A stretch of 59,996 nt of DNA from the NCBI RefSeq assembly GCF_004010195.1, contig NW_025215379.1, positions 53,961-113,956 of the forward strand. The letters are read 5' to 3'. The stretch is from Chiloscyllium plagiosum. Lineage: Eukaryota. Below, piece after piece: positions 24,301 to 35,046 of this stretch. The position numbers and the translations under genes were made by a program. Under the pieces are notes generated by a model. It did not search any database and had not been told where the DNA came from. It saw only the letters and a program-made list of their open reading frames with translations. The first letter of the stretch is position 1. Each line of letters begins with the position of its first letter.

Positions 24301-26601
24301 GTGGCCAAGAGGACTGGGAAATCAGAAGATTGGGAAGACTACAGAAACAAGCAGAGGATAACAAACAGAGATATAAGGAAGGAGAGGATCAAATATAAAG
24401 GTAAACTAGCCAGTAATATTAGAAATGATCGTAAAAGTTTCTTTCAATACATAAGAAACAAATGAGAGGCAAAAGTAGAAATTGGCCCAATCCAAATTGA
24501 TGCAGGAAGACTAGTAATGGGAGATAAGGAAATAGCTGAAGTACTTAATAGATACATTGTGTCAGTGCTCACAGTGGAAGACATGAGTAATATCCCAACA
24601 ATTAAGGAAAGTCAAGGGGCAGAGTTGAGAATGGTAGATATTACAAAAGAAAAAGTGCTAGAAAAGCTAAAAGGTCTAAAATTTGATAAATCTTCTGGCC
24701 CTGATGTGCTACATCTAGGGTTCTGAGGGAGGTAGCTGAAGAAATAGTGGAGGCATTGGTTGTAATCTTTCAAAAAATCACTGGAGTCAGGGAAAGTCCC
24801 AGATGATTGACTTGCAGGTTGAGTCCGTGGTTAAGAAAGCAAATGGGTTGAAATGTAAAAGCAGCAATGTGCTACTGAGACTTTATAAGCTCTGGTTAGG
24901 CCCCATTTAGATTACTGTGCCCAGTTTTGGGCCCCACACCTCAGGAAGGACATACTGGCACTGGAGCGTGTCCTGCAGAGAGTCACACGGATGATCCCTG
25001 GAATGGCAGGCCTAACATACAATGAACGGCTAATGAGCCTCAGATTGTATTCGTTAGGAGTTTAGAAGGTTGAGGGGAGATCTAATAGAAACTTACAACG
25101 CAATGCATGGCTTAGAAAGGGTGGACACTAGGAATTTGTTTCTGTCAGGCGGTGATACCAGGACCCGTGGGCACAGCCTTAGAATTAGAGGGGGTCAATT
25201 TAAAATGGAAATGAGGAATCATTTGTTCAGCCAGAGAATGGTGGGCCTTTGGAATTCATTACCACGGAACGCAGTGGAGGCCGGGACATCAAATGTCTTC
25301 AAGGCAAAGGTTGATACATTCTTAATCTCACAAGGAATTAAGGGGTACGGGGAGAGTGTGGGTAATTGGCATTGAAATGCCCTTCAGCCACGACTGAATG
25401 GCAGAGCAGACTCGATGGGCCAAATGGCCTTACTTCCACTTCTATGTCTTATGGTCTTATTATCTTATTTCTAAGTTGGACTGGCAGGTACCTTTATCAG
25501 AAACAGCAAAGTCAATTTCAGTTTTTGTAACGCTGAATGGCTGTATCAGCTTAAAGTCATGCTATTTGGTATGAAAAGTGTGCCAGCCACATTTCAGAGA
25601 CGAACCAATAAAGGTCATTGCCAGATTATCCAACTGTGTTGTATATATCAATGACCTGGTGATTTTTAGTCATACATGGAAGGAACATTTACAACAGTTA
25701 TCAGGCTTGTTCAATCAACTTCGGAATGCAGGCTTGGTGATAAACCTGGCTAAAAGTGAATTTGCCAAAGCCCAAGTTACCTTCTTGAGCCATGTTTTTG
25801 GACACGGACAGATGGTCCCATAGGATGCATAAAATGAAGGTAATTGGGGAGTTTTCCACACCATCAACAAAATGAACTGTACTATGGTTCCTGGAGTTGA
25901 GTGCATTTTATCAAAGATTCGTACCAAATTTTAACAGTGTGGCTGTTCCATTCATTGAATTGCTAAAGGCAAGAAGTTTCAGTGGACAGTGGAATTTAAG
26001 AAGGCATTTTACAGCCTGAAAGCTGTGTTAACCACTGCCCAGGTATTAGTCATAACTAATTACTCAAAGCCATTCAAGGTGGCTATCAATTCAAGTGATG
26101 TGGATGTCGGTGCTGTGCTCTTGCAAGATGATGACGAGGAAATAGAAAGACCTATCAGATACTTTTCCGGAAAGTTATTCATCAGCAGAAATATTCAACA
26201 GTTGAGGAGACTTTGAACTTACAATATTTCAGTGTTTTGCATTTTCAGTGATGTGTCTGAGACAATCATATACACTGATCATAAAGCATAAAGTGGAGAA
26301 ATATAAGGACAAATATGCTAAACTGTTTAGATGGAGTTTGTTACAGCTATTCAATTTGAAAATTATGCATGTGGCAGGATGAGAGAAACGTGATTGCCGA
26401 TGCATTGCCAAGACTGGAATGAGAAATGGAAGCGTACGGTAGCAAGAGTACAACAATCTGAAACGGAATGTGGTTGTGCATATTTTCACGCTTATAGTCA
26501 ATACAATGTACTTGTATGTTTTAGAGTACTAATAATTTTTAAGGGGCTTTAACATGAAGCTATCTTTGGATATTCATGGCTCTTTTTTTAAGGGGATGAG
26601 G
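21310..26601 (+). mobile_element. Decayed Gypsy LTR retrotransposon internal region, Gmr1-like order PR-INT-RT-RH
   Basis: Protease ILRDTGSSQS (21571-21600); integrase HHCC HELPLGGHLG...CQTCHTCQ, core IDCIGPLP / TDQGSN, and WFSGPYQV (~23118); RT WSSPIVMVPKP, VDYHKV, VYINDL (25641); RNase H KPFKVAINSSDVDVGAVLLQ; PPT aggggatgagg at 26591-26601. Confidence 0.85.
23733..25460 (+). mobile_element. CR1 LINE copy with large internal deletion, inserted in the Gypsy RT
   Basis: MIMGDFNM, GSDHNMV, KSSGPD, then a jump at ~24810 to the C-terminal region (RGDLIETY); tail tctatgtcttatggtcttat. Confidence 0.85.
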
Positions 26602-27143
26602 TGTGATGAAGCTCTCCCTTTAACAAGGTTGTGCAGTCCTTGATTTTTTTTCAGAAGTCGTAAACAACACAGACTCGGTTTAATGGTAGCTAAGAGATAC
26701 TGCCTCAGGCAGAGAGCTTTCAAGCTTTAAAAAGGAACACTTACAGGATGAAAGAGGAGTGGCCTGTTCTCCCAGCTCAGCATTTTCTCTAGATTGGTTT
26801 GGTTTTGAACAGTAAAGTGAAAAAAGCTGCTGGTACTCTCTCTCTGACTGATATCCTGTAAGAATCGGTGTCTGATTTTACCTTTTGTGCCAAGGGATGT
26901 TTATGGGGATTGTTGCAAGTATTTGGAAGAGCACCATTCAGTTGGGTGATCTGCTGGGTTTTCAGAGAGATTAAGTTATTTGGTATTCTGTTGTTTATTT
27001 CATTCAGTAATCCTGTATATAAACTGCTTTATAACAAAAAACTAAATGGTTTATCCATCTTACAGCTCCTTAAAACAACTAGCAAAGTTGGATCAGGGCC
27101 ACCTTCTTGAAAGGTTTCGAGGGATCTGGCCTGGTCCAAAACA
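26602..27143 (+). mobile_element. 3' LTR of the Gmr1-like element
   Basis: Immediately follows the PPT; TGTGA...AACA termini; similar to 18781-19393. Confidence 0.8.
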
Positions 27144-27407
27144 CAGATAAGCCCTTTATGCCTGCAGCTTGCCAATTTTAAATTGACCAGCAGTACTCTG
27201 AGGTGAGAAATTACCCTAAAGACGTTGAGTACTTTGTTATCAAGTTGAGCATCCAAAAGGCATTAGAATCAGGTTGAGGGGTGGTTCAGGATTGACCTGC
27301 CATTTTCATTAAATTCCATTCCTAGTATATCCACTTGAAGAGCGTTCAAGAATTACTGACTACACCTGGATCCACAGTCCATCAGTTATTGAACTATGAT
27401 TCAACAG

Positions 27408-27496
27408 CTGAAAGATGTGTTGCTGGAAAAGCACAGCAGGTCAGGCAGCATCCAAGGAGCAGGAGAATCGACATTTTGGGCATAAGCCCTTCTTCC
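27408..27496 (-). mobile_element. 89-bp Penelope-derived insertion with 14-bp TSD
   Basis: TSD CTATGATTCAACAG at 27394-27407 and 27497-27510; contains a truncated, decayed hammerhead (GAAGA A GGGC UUAU GCCC AAAA UGUC). Confidence 0.85.
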
Positions 27497-27954
27497 CTAT
27501 GATTCAACAGGTATGAAACAGCAAATTGCAACAAGAAAAGACAAAACTAGGGAAGTATATGATTTAAAATTCTCAAAGAAGTAGTTATCAATATGCTTCA
27601 CTGTACTTGTTCCATAACCATCAAAAAACTGACTTATAACATTTAATATCTAAATTATTCAGATTCCATGTCAACTGCAAAAAAAAGTATGCTAACTACA
27701 ATTATAGTCATGGCATAAAACAATTCAAGAAAAAAATAAAAGATTTCTTTCAGGATTTAGGCATTGATACAAATCTATTTCATGGATATAGCCCAACCAT
27801 TTTTAAAACAGTATTTCTTACAAATTTCTTAGAGCTCCTTAACTTGAATTTCTAAGAAAATTTTAGACTACTCTCAAATTCAAGTATGATTGCATTATAA
27901 ATTGTGTGCACTCAAAGACAATACTACAAACTAATTGAGAAAATTTTTAGTTTT

Positions 27955-28160
27955 TTTATTACAAATATCAAAGAATATGCAAAATGTATTAATTTTCTAG
28001 TAAAATTTACTATAGTGTTTAAACTACTGGTACACAATTAATACTGTACACCATCTATCATTATACATTTCATGGATTGATTAAAAACATATAAATGAGT
28101 AAATACAATTATATTGTGCAATTTTAATGAACAAATTAACACAATGCTGTTAACTTTATT
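27955..28160 (-). terminator. Candidate polyadenylation signals of the ZNF518 transcript
   Basis: AATAAA on the minus strand at 28155-28160 and 27955-27960, in AT-rich DNA with no recognised repeats 1.1-1.3 kb after the stop codon. Confidence 0.4.
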
Positions 28161-29282
28161 CATGTATACAAAATGCAAAAGTATTAAACAATAACAAAAT
28201 TTACAAAGAAGTTAACAGTGTGAAAATTGAATAAAATCTGTAAATTCCGATAACTTACTTCTCTCTAAATCCTGACCCAAAGTTGTGGTTGCACTCCAGA
28301 AAATTGTAATTTTAGGCAAAATTATAGTCAATTATAGAGAAGCTATTGCTAGGTTTTGCTCAGGAAAAGCATTAAAGCATTACACCTGTGTGGGAGCGGT
28401 GAAATACTTCAAACAACTTGTAAAATACAAATCTTCACGTTTTGAAATTACTATACATTAACTCCGTCCACTTAACAACTGCTTGCCTTTAGTTGAACAG
28501 GCTGACTCATTTTCTCTCTGTCTCTGTGGTTTCCTTCCCCAGCCAGGCACTCCAGCTCATCAGTTCCCAACCCAAACACTTCTACTTGCTGGCTCCTTAT
28601 CTGAATGCCAACTGAATAGTAGTGGTGAAAAGGAAGAAGCAAGCAAGGAAACTATGAGGTAGGTTCTCAGAGTGAAACACAGTGGGAGGATTCAAAAGAG
28701 GAAGCAATGAGATGATAAGGCAGAGAAGCTGAAAGGATTTCAGGGAGTGAAGAGGCTCCCCAAATAATCACATCACAGGATCAAACAACAGGTCAACATT
28801 AAGAGACGTGACAAAGTACACCAGATGAGGATGCCAACAGTGACGGAGCACAAGAACATAAAAGCAGAAATTGCAACCTAAATTAGGAGGAGCAGGTCCA
28901 AGACAGAAACTACTTTAAAATTAAACAACTTTAATCAGGGTGACTTAGTGTAGAGTGACTGTATCATATTTTACAACTGGTACAATCACATGTACCAAAA
29001 CATTCAGATGGCCCTAGGAAACGTACATCTTTAATAACAATCAATAATACTTCCTTCTTGACAGATCTTTGTCATACATTCTACTTTACCCAAGGAACAG
29101 CAGTTTGTAGTCAACCTATTTTTCAAAAAGGTCAATATTATTTCACATTATTCTTGCAATTAAAACCAAAAAACAAGTCACATACATTAAGTAACACTTG
29201 TTCATTTTGATCATGTGTACTAGTTTATATTCTAAAATCAACTGAATTGTCATGAAGCACAATAAATTCAACTTAACTGCTA

Positions 29283-32200
29283 TTACTCATCTGAATTATT
29301 TTGCACTCTCAACACTTCTGTAATTTCTTGAACATTGGCAACATCATTCCAGTCCCGGGTGGCTTCCATCAAGTGGCGTTGTCCATGAGCAATCCATTCT
29401 TCTTGATCACAAAACATCCGTCCACAAAACCAACAGTGAAACTTAAACTGCAAATGCTCATCATGAACATTCTGAACTATCTGATAATTATTTTTATGGA
29501 TCTTCTTTAATCTTATTTTCAACATATGTCTTTCCTTCACTGGACTGACTGTTTTACAGTTACGCCATTTGTCAAGTAAAATACCTCTGTTTTCAAATTT
29601 CTGTCTTTGTCCAACCTTTAAATTGAGGGAAATAACAGTTCTTTCAGATAAAACCACCTTGAGTACATTTCCTCTATACTTGCCTATTGTTTGCATTACA
29701 TTAGCTACCTCTTCAACATCCACATCTGGATGATTTAGTACAACTACAGGTTGATTGCGGCGAGGACATTTTACCAACTGACTTTTATGAAATGGTTTGA
29801 GTCTTAGTTTGCGGGCAGTCTTTAATATCTCACAGTGATTGGTGGTAACAGGAACAAAGCTATCTTGTTTTTTCACCTTTTTTAAGAGGGTTTCATCCCG
29901 ATTATGATCAGGTACTATTTTTCTGGCATTCCTGCGCTTCAAAGGTAACAGTTCGCCTCCACTGGACTTTAAGGACTGAGAATTCTGGCGAGCAGCTATC
30001 TTAACTGATATAGTGTTAAATGTGTTTGGTCTACTAACTGAAACAGAAGATTGATCACAGTTTCTGTTCTCTTGACATTTTATCTTGGAAGAGCAATTAA
30101 TTCTTGAATCAAGTTCAGCATAAACTGGGCACCTCTTTGTCAGTACTGATGCTTGTAGTTCTGATTTTTCTGCTGTGTTCCATGAAACAGTTGTGGGACA
30201 CAATACTCTAAGGTTTTGTGATAAATTGACAGAATGGCAACTTATGGTAGAAGGTTTCTGTTTGGAATTATCAGCATGATTCAACACTCGAAGCACATTG
30301 TCACCTGAAACAATCTTGTAAGTTGTTTCATGTCTATAACAGTCAGTGCCTTTTACTAGGGTTTGTGAAGGTGGTGTGATTTCAAGATTAACTTGGCTCC
30401 TTGAGGAACTGAGCAGAACTGCAGGAAGATGGGATGAAGCCATTTCTGATTTGGACTGCAGTTCTGGAAAAAGGTCATTTTTTTCATCTTGTCCCAGACT
30501 GTCATTTTCAGAATCGTTTGCACAAGAAAGATTTGGTACAACTTTCGCGATCTCAGCAATATTTTGAAGAGCTTGTTCAGTCTGGCTGGATACATCTTCT
30601 ACTACTTTATGACAGCATGTACTTTGTTGGCCACATGGAGGTAAAACAGAACGAGTTTTGTTAGGAGGTTTTAATTGAACTTTGGAATGATTGCTTTGGT
30701 TATCTAAAACAGAGGGTGACAGTGAAATACTCTGTAGTTTTGCTGTAGTTGGAAGTACTACCTTTTTCGGGAGCACCATAGTTTTACCAAGTTTGGAAGG
30801 TATTTCTTTCAGTTTCTCAACAGCATCAGTATAGTTAACATCTTCAGGGTCTGCACTTGGAATACAGCTTAAAGGAAACAAAGAGATTTTACTTTGCAAA
30901 TTATGCTGGTGACAAACTTTCAACGTGGATGCACTAGTTGTAGGCATGTCTTCTTGTACCTTTGCAAAAGAATGAGAAGCATTTCTATTAAAAGAAGATC
31001 CCTTTGAATTAATGTTTGGTTTGCAAATCTCTGCAAGTGCCACTGGTGATTGATTAACAGTTAAAACTTGTTTCCAGGCATTTGATGTTATTCCAATGGG
31101 AGCAGATGTAGTGTCACTAAAGTTATGACAAACTGAAGGCTCATCAATGCCATTGGTGATTGAGCATAAAACATTTTCAAGTGTTTTACTTTGATTGGAT
31201 GTATCTTCCAGGGATAAAGTTGGAGAATCTTTAAGCTTTGGAAATGAGAAGGGTTTGCTTTGGTAGCTTTGTGTTGTACCAGTTAATGCATTTCCCATAA
31301 TGCTAAGCACATCACTTGAATTTCTCTGTACAAAACTGTCCATTTGCGTGCAATACTCCACTGCTGTTTTAGTGCTTCTGGAAGACAGTCTAGCTTGATT
31401 TAAATAAAATTCATTAGAATATAGTTTGTGTGAATTCTGGAAAGCATCGACATCATCAACAAACTGCTCACTTACAGAAGAACAATCCACATTCTCAACA
31501 GGTGACATTGGTGGAATAGAAGGAGTCAATGTTGGCAATAAATAACGATGCTCAGCCATGTTAACACAACTGGATAATTGAAATGATTTCCCATTCATCA
31601 CTGATGGACTTGACACTGTACAGAAGTTCCTGTCATTGGATACTTGCAGACACACTGGATTCCTGTAGCTGACTGGTTTATTTGTATGTTCTTTTTCAAG
31701 CTGGAGAGTTAGGCTTTTATTATTTGCTTGAATCTGAGAACATGGGTTCGTTTTCAGAATTTCTTGTGCAGAAGTGAATGAAGTGCAACTGCTGTCTTGA
31801 TCATTATCCCATCGAATACTGTCCGGAACATTATTAGTACCACAACTAAGAGAAAACACTGAAGAAATTACAGGCCATTGTCCATCAACAGAAGGATCAT
31901 CAGTAGACCCAGCAGTACCTAGATCATGCCAGTTACTCAAATCATTGAAGTCTGCATTAATTGTAATGCCTTGTGATGTATCCTCCCTACTTAACTCATT
32001 CTTATCATGCAATGGTGATAGCATTTCAGTTACAAATGTCACACCGTTCGTAGACACATTGTTAAGTGAATTAGTAATAGCTGCTGCTACACTTAAGCCA
32101 ATAGACGTTCTTTGTAAAATCTGATCATGCGGATTTGCACACAAAGTTGCACTCTCGCATACTGACATAATCTTATTATCATTTGTATTTATTTTTCTAG

Positions 32201-34715
32201 ACTTCAATGCTTTTGATCGAAGAAGCAAGTCTGGTTTTGTTCTACTATTTTCACACTTTTCCAACATGCAGTATGAATTGTTACTATAACGTATTTCACC
32301 GTGATCTTGACCAGATGATATTCTTTGGTTCTGTACCGCAGTACAGTACTTAAGATGACTTTCAAATGTACCTTTACAAGCTGCAGGTTTATTGAGGTCC
32401 TTATCAACAGTATCAATACACTGACACTTCAAACAGTCTGTGTGAAACATACGTTCAGGCATAATTTTGGTTTGTTTAACAGATGAAGAACATTTATGTT
32501 TAATCCGATGATCAACGGATTTGGACGCTACTGTTGTATGATTGCCAGACAAAGTGGGGGATAGCTGACATGGTAAGACCTTACTAATGTCAACTGACTT
32601 GCAGTTCTCCATCATATATCGCTCTGCATTGGCTTTAGTGCTATCATTTGGCAAAGATTCAATTGATTTGATTGCAGTTTTACAGCTGGAGTCTCTCAAA
32701 ACTTGAGAATCACACAAATGTATATTTTTTTTAACCAACCCCTGGCCTGCCACAGGCAGCTGCAAAATTGATTTCTCAAAATTTGCTTCAGCAGATTCAG
32801 TGCCATCCATATTTTCATTCTTGAATCTTGGAACGTAAAAGCGATCTTGTAAAACACATTCCTGACCATTACTGACAGCAACTTTACAAGGTGAAAAGGA
32901 GTTTGTACACCTTTGCATTTCCTTAGATTCAGGAAACATTAACAATTTCTTATCAATTTGATTCAGTAACTCTTCAGTATCTGCATTAAAACCTTTCAAA
33001 GTGGTTTTGTTGTTTAAAGCCTCTTGCTGAAGATAATGCATCATTTCATCTAAAACATCTGGAGTTGCAAGAGGATCTTGTTGAAAGCTACAGATCAAGT
33101 CAGTTTCTGTTCGTTCACTACCTTGTAATTGTTCTATAGCTACATCCTTACCTTGGTTTGGATGAGCTTTGCTTTTAGTCTCCACTATGGAAGAAGTACT
33201 AGTTGTAGGCTTTACACCAAATGAACAGTGAGGATTTGAAAAGAGCAGTTTAGTATTTATATCAATATTATCAGCTTCAACTTCACTGAAAGATTCTATA
33301 ACGGGTAACTCATTGCCATCCACGATTTCTGTCAGTACTGTTGTAGGATTATGTGACAAGCTGTTCTGTTGCAGCGGTGCCATTTCTGAATTCACATGTT
33401 GCATTTCTTGTGCTGGAAGTGTAGTTATTCCTGATGCGCTAGCTACTGTATTTTGTGGTATTAGTTTGAATACTAACTGTTGTTTCCCATTAACAGTTTT
33501 TATTTCTGTTAGTTGAGCCAAGCAGTTAGAGGGAATAACCATCTGTGCTGGAGCAACCAGTGTTAATGGTGCACCAGGCTGAAGAGTATGCTTAGATGGA
33601 GCAAGTACCTTTAGCTGATTCTTTCTTGCATCCATGGGAGGACAATTCAAGTGTTTAATATTTTGTACAAATAAGTTATCCACACTTTTACTATCACTGG
33701 CGTTGTTTATACTTCGATATTGCTGTTCTTCCACAGACTCACCTTGCATTTGACATGATGTGGTACCAGAATTAGTAAGTAAAGCTAATGAATTTACCAC
33801 CTTATCATGTAGCCTAACATTAGTAGAATTCTCATTTTGTTCAGTTATTGCTGGCTTCACTTTGGATATATTCTTAGCTTTGGAGGAAGTCTTTTTACAG
33901 CCTTTCCTCATTGGGAGAACCAGTGCAGATCCACCATTTTTTATGATGTCTCTGTGTACTCCTTTTGTATGTTTCACAACATAATCCTTTCGGACTGCAC
34001 CATAATCACAATACCTACATTTAAAGGGAAATGTTCCAGTATGCTGTACAGAGTGGCGCTGGAATTCTCCCCTAGTGTAACAGACACGATCACAACGCCC
34101 ACATTTGTATTGAATTTCTTCATGTCTCAGAATGTGTTTCTGAAAGAGAAGTGGATCTTTTGTTGAAAATCTGCACTTATTGCAATACAAGGTATCTGGC
34201 TTTAAATGCCTGGTTTTATGCAGTTCCATTTCTCTAATCAAGGCGATACCTTGTTTATTGGCAGCAAGTTCGGTGTTTAATGCTTTGTCCATTGTGTGTG
34301 AAAATGCATGCACATTCATTTGTTCCACATCATCCACTGTGAAACCACATCTGCTACAGACAAATACAGGTCTGTCTTCTGGATGATTTTGTTGGCAGTG
34401 TTCCTGAAGTTCTGCAAAGCTAAACTGCTGGATATCTTTACATTTAACACAAAATATCAACATTTCATTTATCTCTTTTTCACGTTCTCCGATATGATCA
34501 TAGATTTCTATTCTCTCCTTATTCGTTCTCAAATTTTCTTTCAATTGCTGCTTCTTGGAGCTGAAATAACTCTTGATAGCCGTGGTCTTCCTTGCAGTCT
34601 GCTTCTTTCCAGTACGACATTTTATTGAAACTTCTGTGGCACTGTAAACAAAACTTTTCTTTCCAATAAGATTATCTATTTTTGGCAACAGCACTTCTAA
34701 CCATTTAAGCTGCAT
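29283..34715 (-). CDS. ZNF518B: Zinc finger protein 518 family (ZNF518B-like), 1810 aa, single coding exon
   Basis: Uninterrupted 5.4-kb ORF. N-terminal C2H2 cluster (CNKCRFSTKDP...HEEI...GEFQRH..HTG.FP..C.YCDYGA..DY.VKHTK.VH); C-terminal blocks KCPRRNQPVVVLNHPD and CWFCGR...HGQRHLMEATRDW diagnostic of ZNF518. The B-versus-A call rests on remembered human sequences. Confidence 0.9.
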   Translation of the reverse strand: MQLKWLEVLLPKIDNLIGKKSFVYSATEVSIKCRTGKKQTARKTTAIKSYFSSKKQQLKENLRTNKERIEIYDHIGEREKEINEMLIFCVKCKDIQQFSFAELQEHCQQNHPEDRPVFVCSRCGFTVDDVEQMNVHAFSHTMDKALNTELAANKQGIALIREMELHKTRHLKPDTLYCNKCRFSTKDPLLFQKHILRHEEIQYKCGRCDRVCYTRGEFQRHSVQHTGTFPFKCRYCDYGAVRKDYVVKHTKGVHRDIIKNGGSALVLPMRKGCKKTSSKAKNISKVKPAITEQNENSTNVRLHDKVVNSLALLTNSGTTSCQMQGESVEEQQYRSINNASDSKSVDNLFVQNIKHLNCPPMDARKNQLKVLAPSKHTLQPGAPLTLVAPAQMVIPSNCLAQLTEIKTVNGKQQLVFKLIPQNTVASASGITTLPAQEMQHVNSEMAPLQQNSLSHNPTTVLTEIVDGNELPVIESFSEVEADNIDINTKLLFSNPHCSFGVKPTTSTSSIVETKSKAHPNQGKDVAIEQLQGSERTETDLICSFQQDPLATPDVLDEMMHYLQQEALNNKTTLKGFNADTEELLNQIDKKLLMFPESKEMQRCTNSFSPCKVAVSNGQECVLQDRFYVPRFKNENMDGTESAEANFEKSILQLPVAGQGLVKKNIHLCDSQVLRDSSCKTAIKSIESLPNDSTKANAERYMMENCKSVDISKVLPCQLSPTLSGNHTTVASKSVDHRIKHKCSSSVKQTKIMPERMFHTDCLKCQCIDTVDKDLNKPAACKGTFESHLKYCTAVQNQRISSGQDHGEIRYSNNSYCMLEKCENSRTKPDLLLRSKALKSRKINTNDNKIMSVCESATLCANPHDQILQRTSIGLSVAAAITNSLNNVSTNGVTFVTEMLSPLHDKNELSREDTSQGITINADFNDLSNWHDLGTAGSTDDPSVDGQWPVISSVFSLSCGTNNVPDSIRWDNDQDSSCTSFTSAQEILKTNPCSQIQANNKSLTLQLEKEHTNKPVSYRNPVCLQVSNDRNFCTVSSPSVMNGKSFQLSSCVNMAEHRYLLPTLTPSIPPMSPVENVDCSSVSEQFVDDVDAFQNSHKLYSNEFYLNQARLSSRSTKTAVEYCTQMDSFVQRNSSDVLSIMGNALTGTTQSYQSKPFSFPKLKDSPTLSLEDTSNQSKTLENVLCSITNGIDEPSVCHNFSDTTSAPIGITSNAWKQVLTVNQSPVALAEICKPNINSKGSSFNRNASHSFAKVQEDMPTTSASTLKVCHQHNLQSKISLFPLSCIPSADPEDVNYTDAVEKLKEIPSKLGKTMVLPKKVVLPTTAKLQSISLSPSVLDNQSNHSKVQLKPPNKTRSVLPPCGQQSTCCHKVVEDVSSQTEQALQNIAEIAKVVPNLSCANDSENDSLGQDEKNDLFPELQSKSEMASSHLPAVLLSSSRSQVNLEITPPSQTLVKGTDCYRHETTYKIVSGDNVLRVLNHADNSKQKPSTISCHSVNLSQNLRVLCPTTVSWNTAEKSELQASVLTKRCPVYAELDSRINCSSKIKCQENRNCDQSSVSVSRPNTFNTISVKIAARQNSQSLKSSGGELLPLKRRNARKIVPDHNRDETLLKKVKKQDSFVPVTTNHCEILKTARKLRLKPFHKSQLVKCPRRNQPVVVLNHPDVDVEEVANVMQTIGKYRGNVLKVVLSERTVISLNLKVGQRQKFENRGILLDKWRNCKTVSPVKERHMLKIRLKKIHKNNYQIVQNVHDEHLQFKFHCWFCGRMFCDQEEWIAHGQRHLMEATRDWNDVANVQEITEVLRVQNNSDE

Positions 34716-35022
34716 TTTTAAATTTCTTAAATTTCAGCATCATGCATTAGTTCTTCATTTCTTCTTATCCTTTCACAATGCTCAAGACAGTTAGAAAACT
34801 GATCCTCAGCCATCAATTGGAATGCTCCAGTTAAAAAGAAAAAGTTGTTTTATAAGAAATTATATCATCTCCAACTAAAAAAAGTCAACTACTGCGATTC
34901 AAGATCACGGCAGAGAAGTATCTTCATAAAATTAAATCGTATTTGATCAACTTCTTTGCACCAAGTCCCTATTTCAATACAGCAAGGGTAGTCCGGCTTA
35001 GACAGTAAAAGAACTTTTCCAT

Positions 35023-35046
35023 CTATAACAAAAAAAAAGAAATTTA
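35023..35046 (-). other. Probable splice acceptor ahead of the ZNF518 coding region
   Basis: The minus strand reads ctaaatttc(t)9gttatAG| with the exon starting at 35022. Confidence 0.55.

Noticed and set aside
29301..34628. Short antisense and alternate-frame ORFs overlapping ZNF518
   Set aside because: Expected shadows of a long coding exon, with no recognisable domains.
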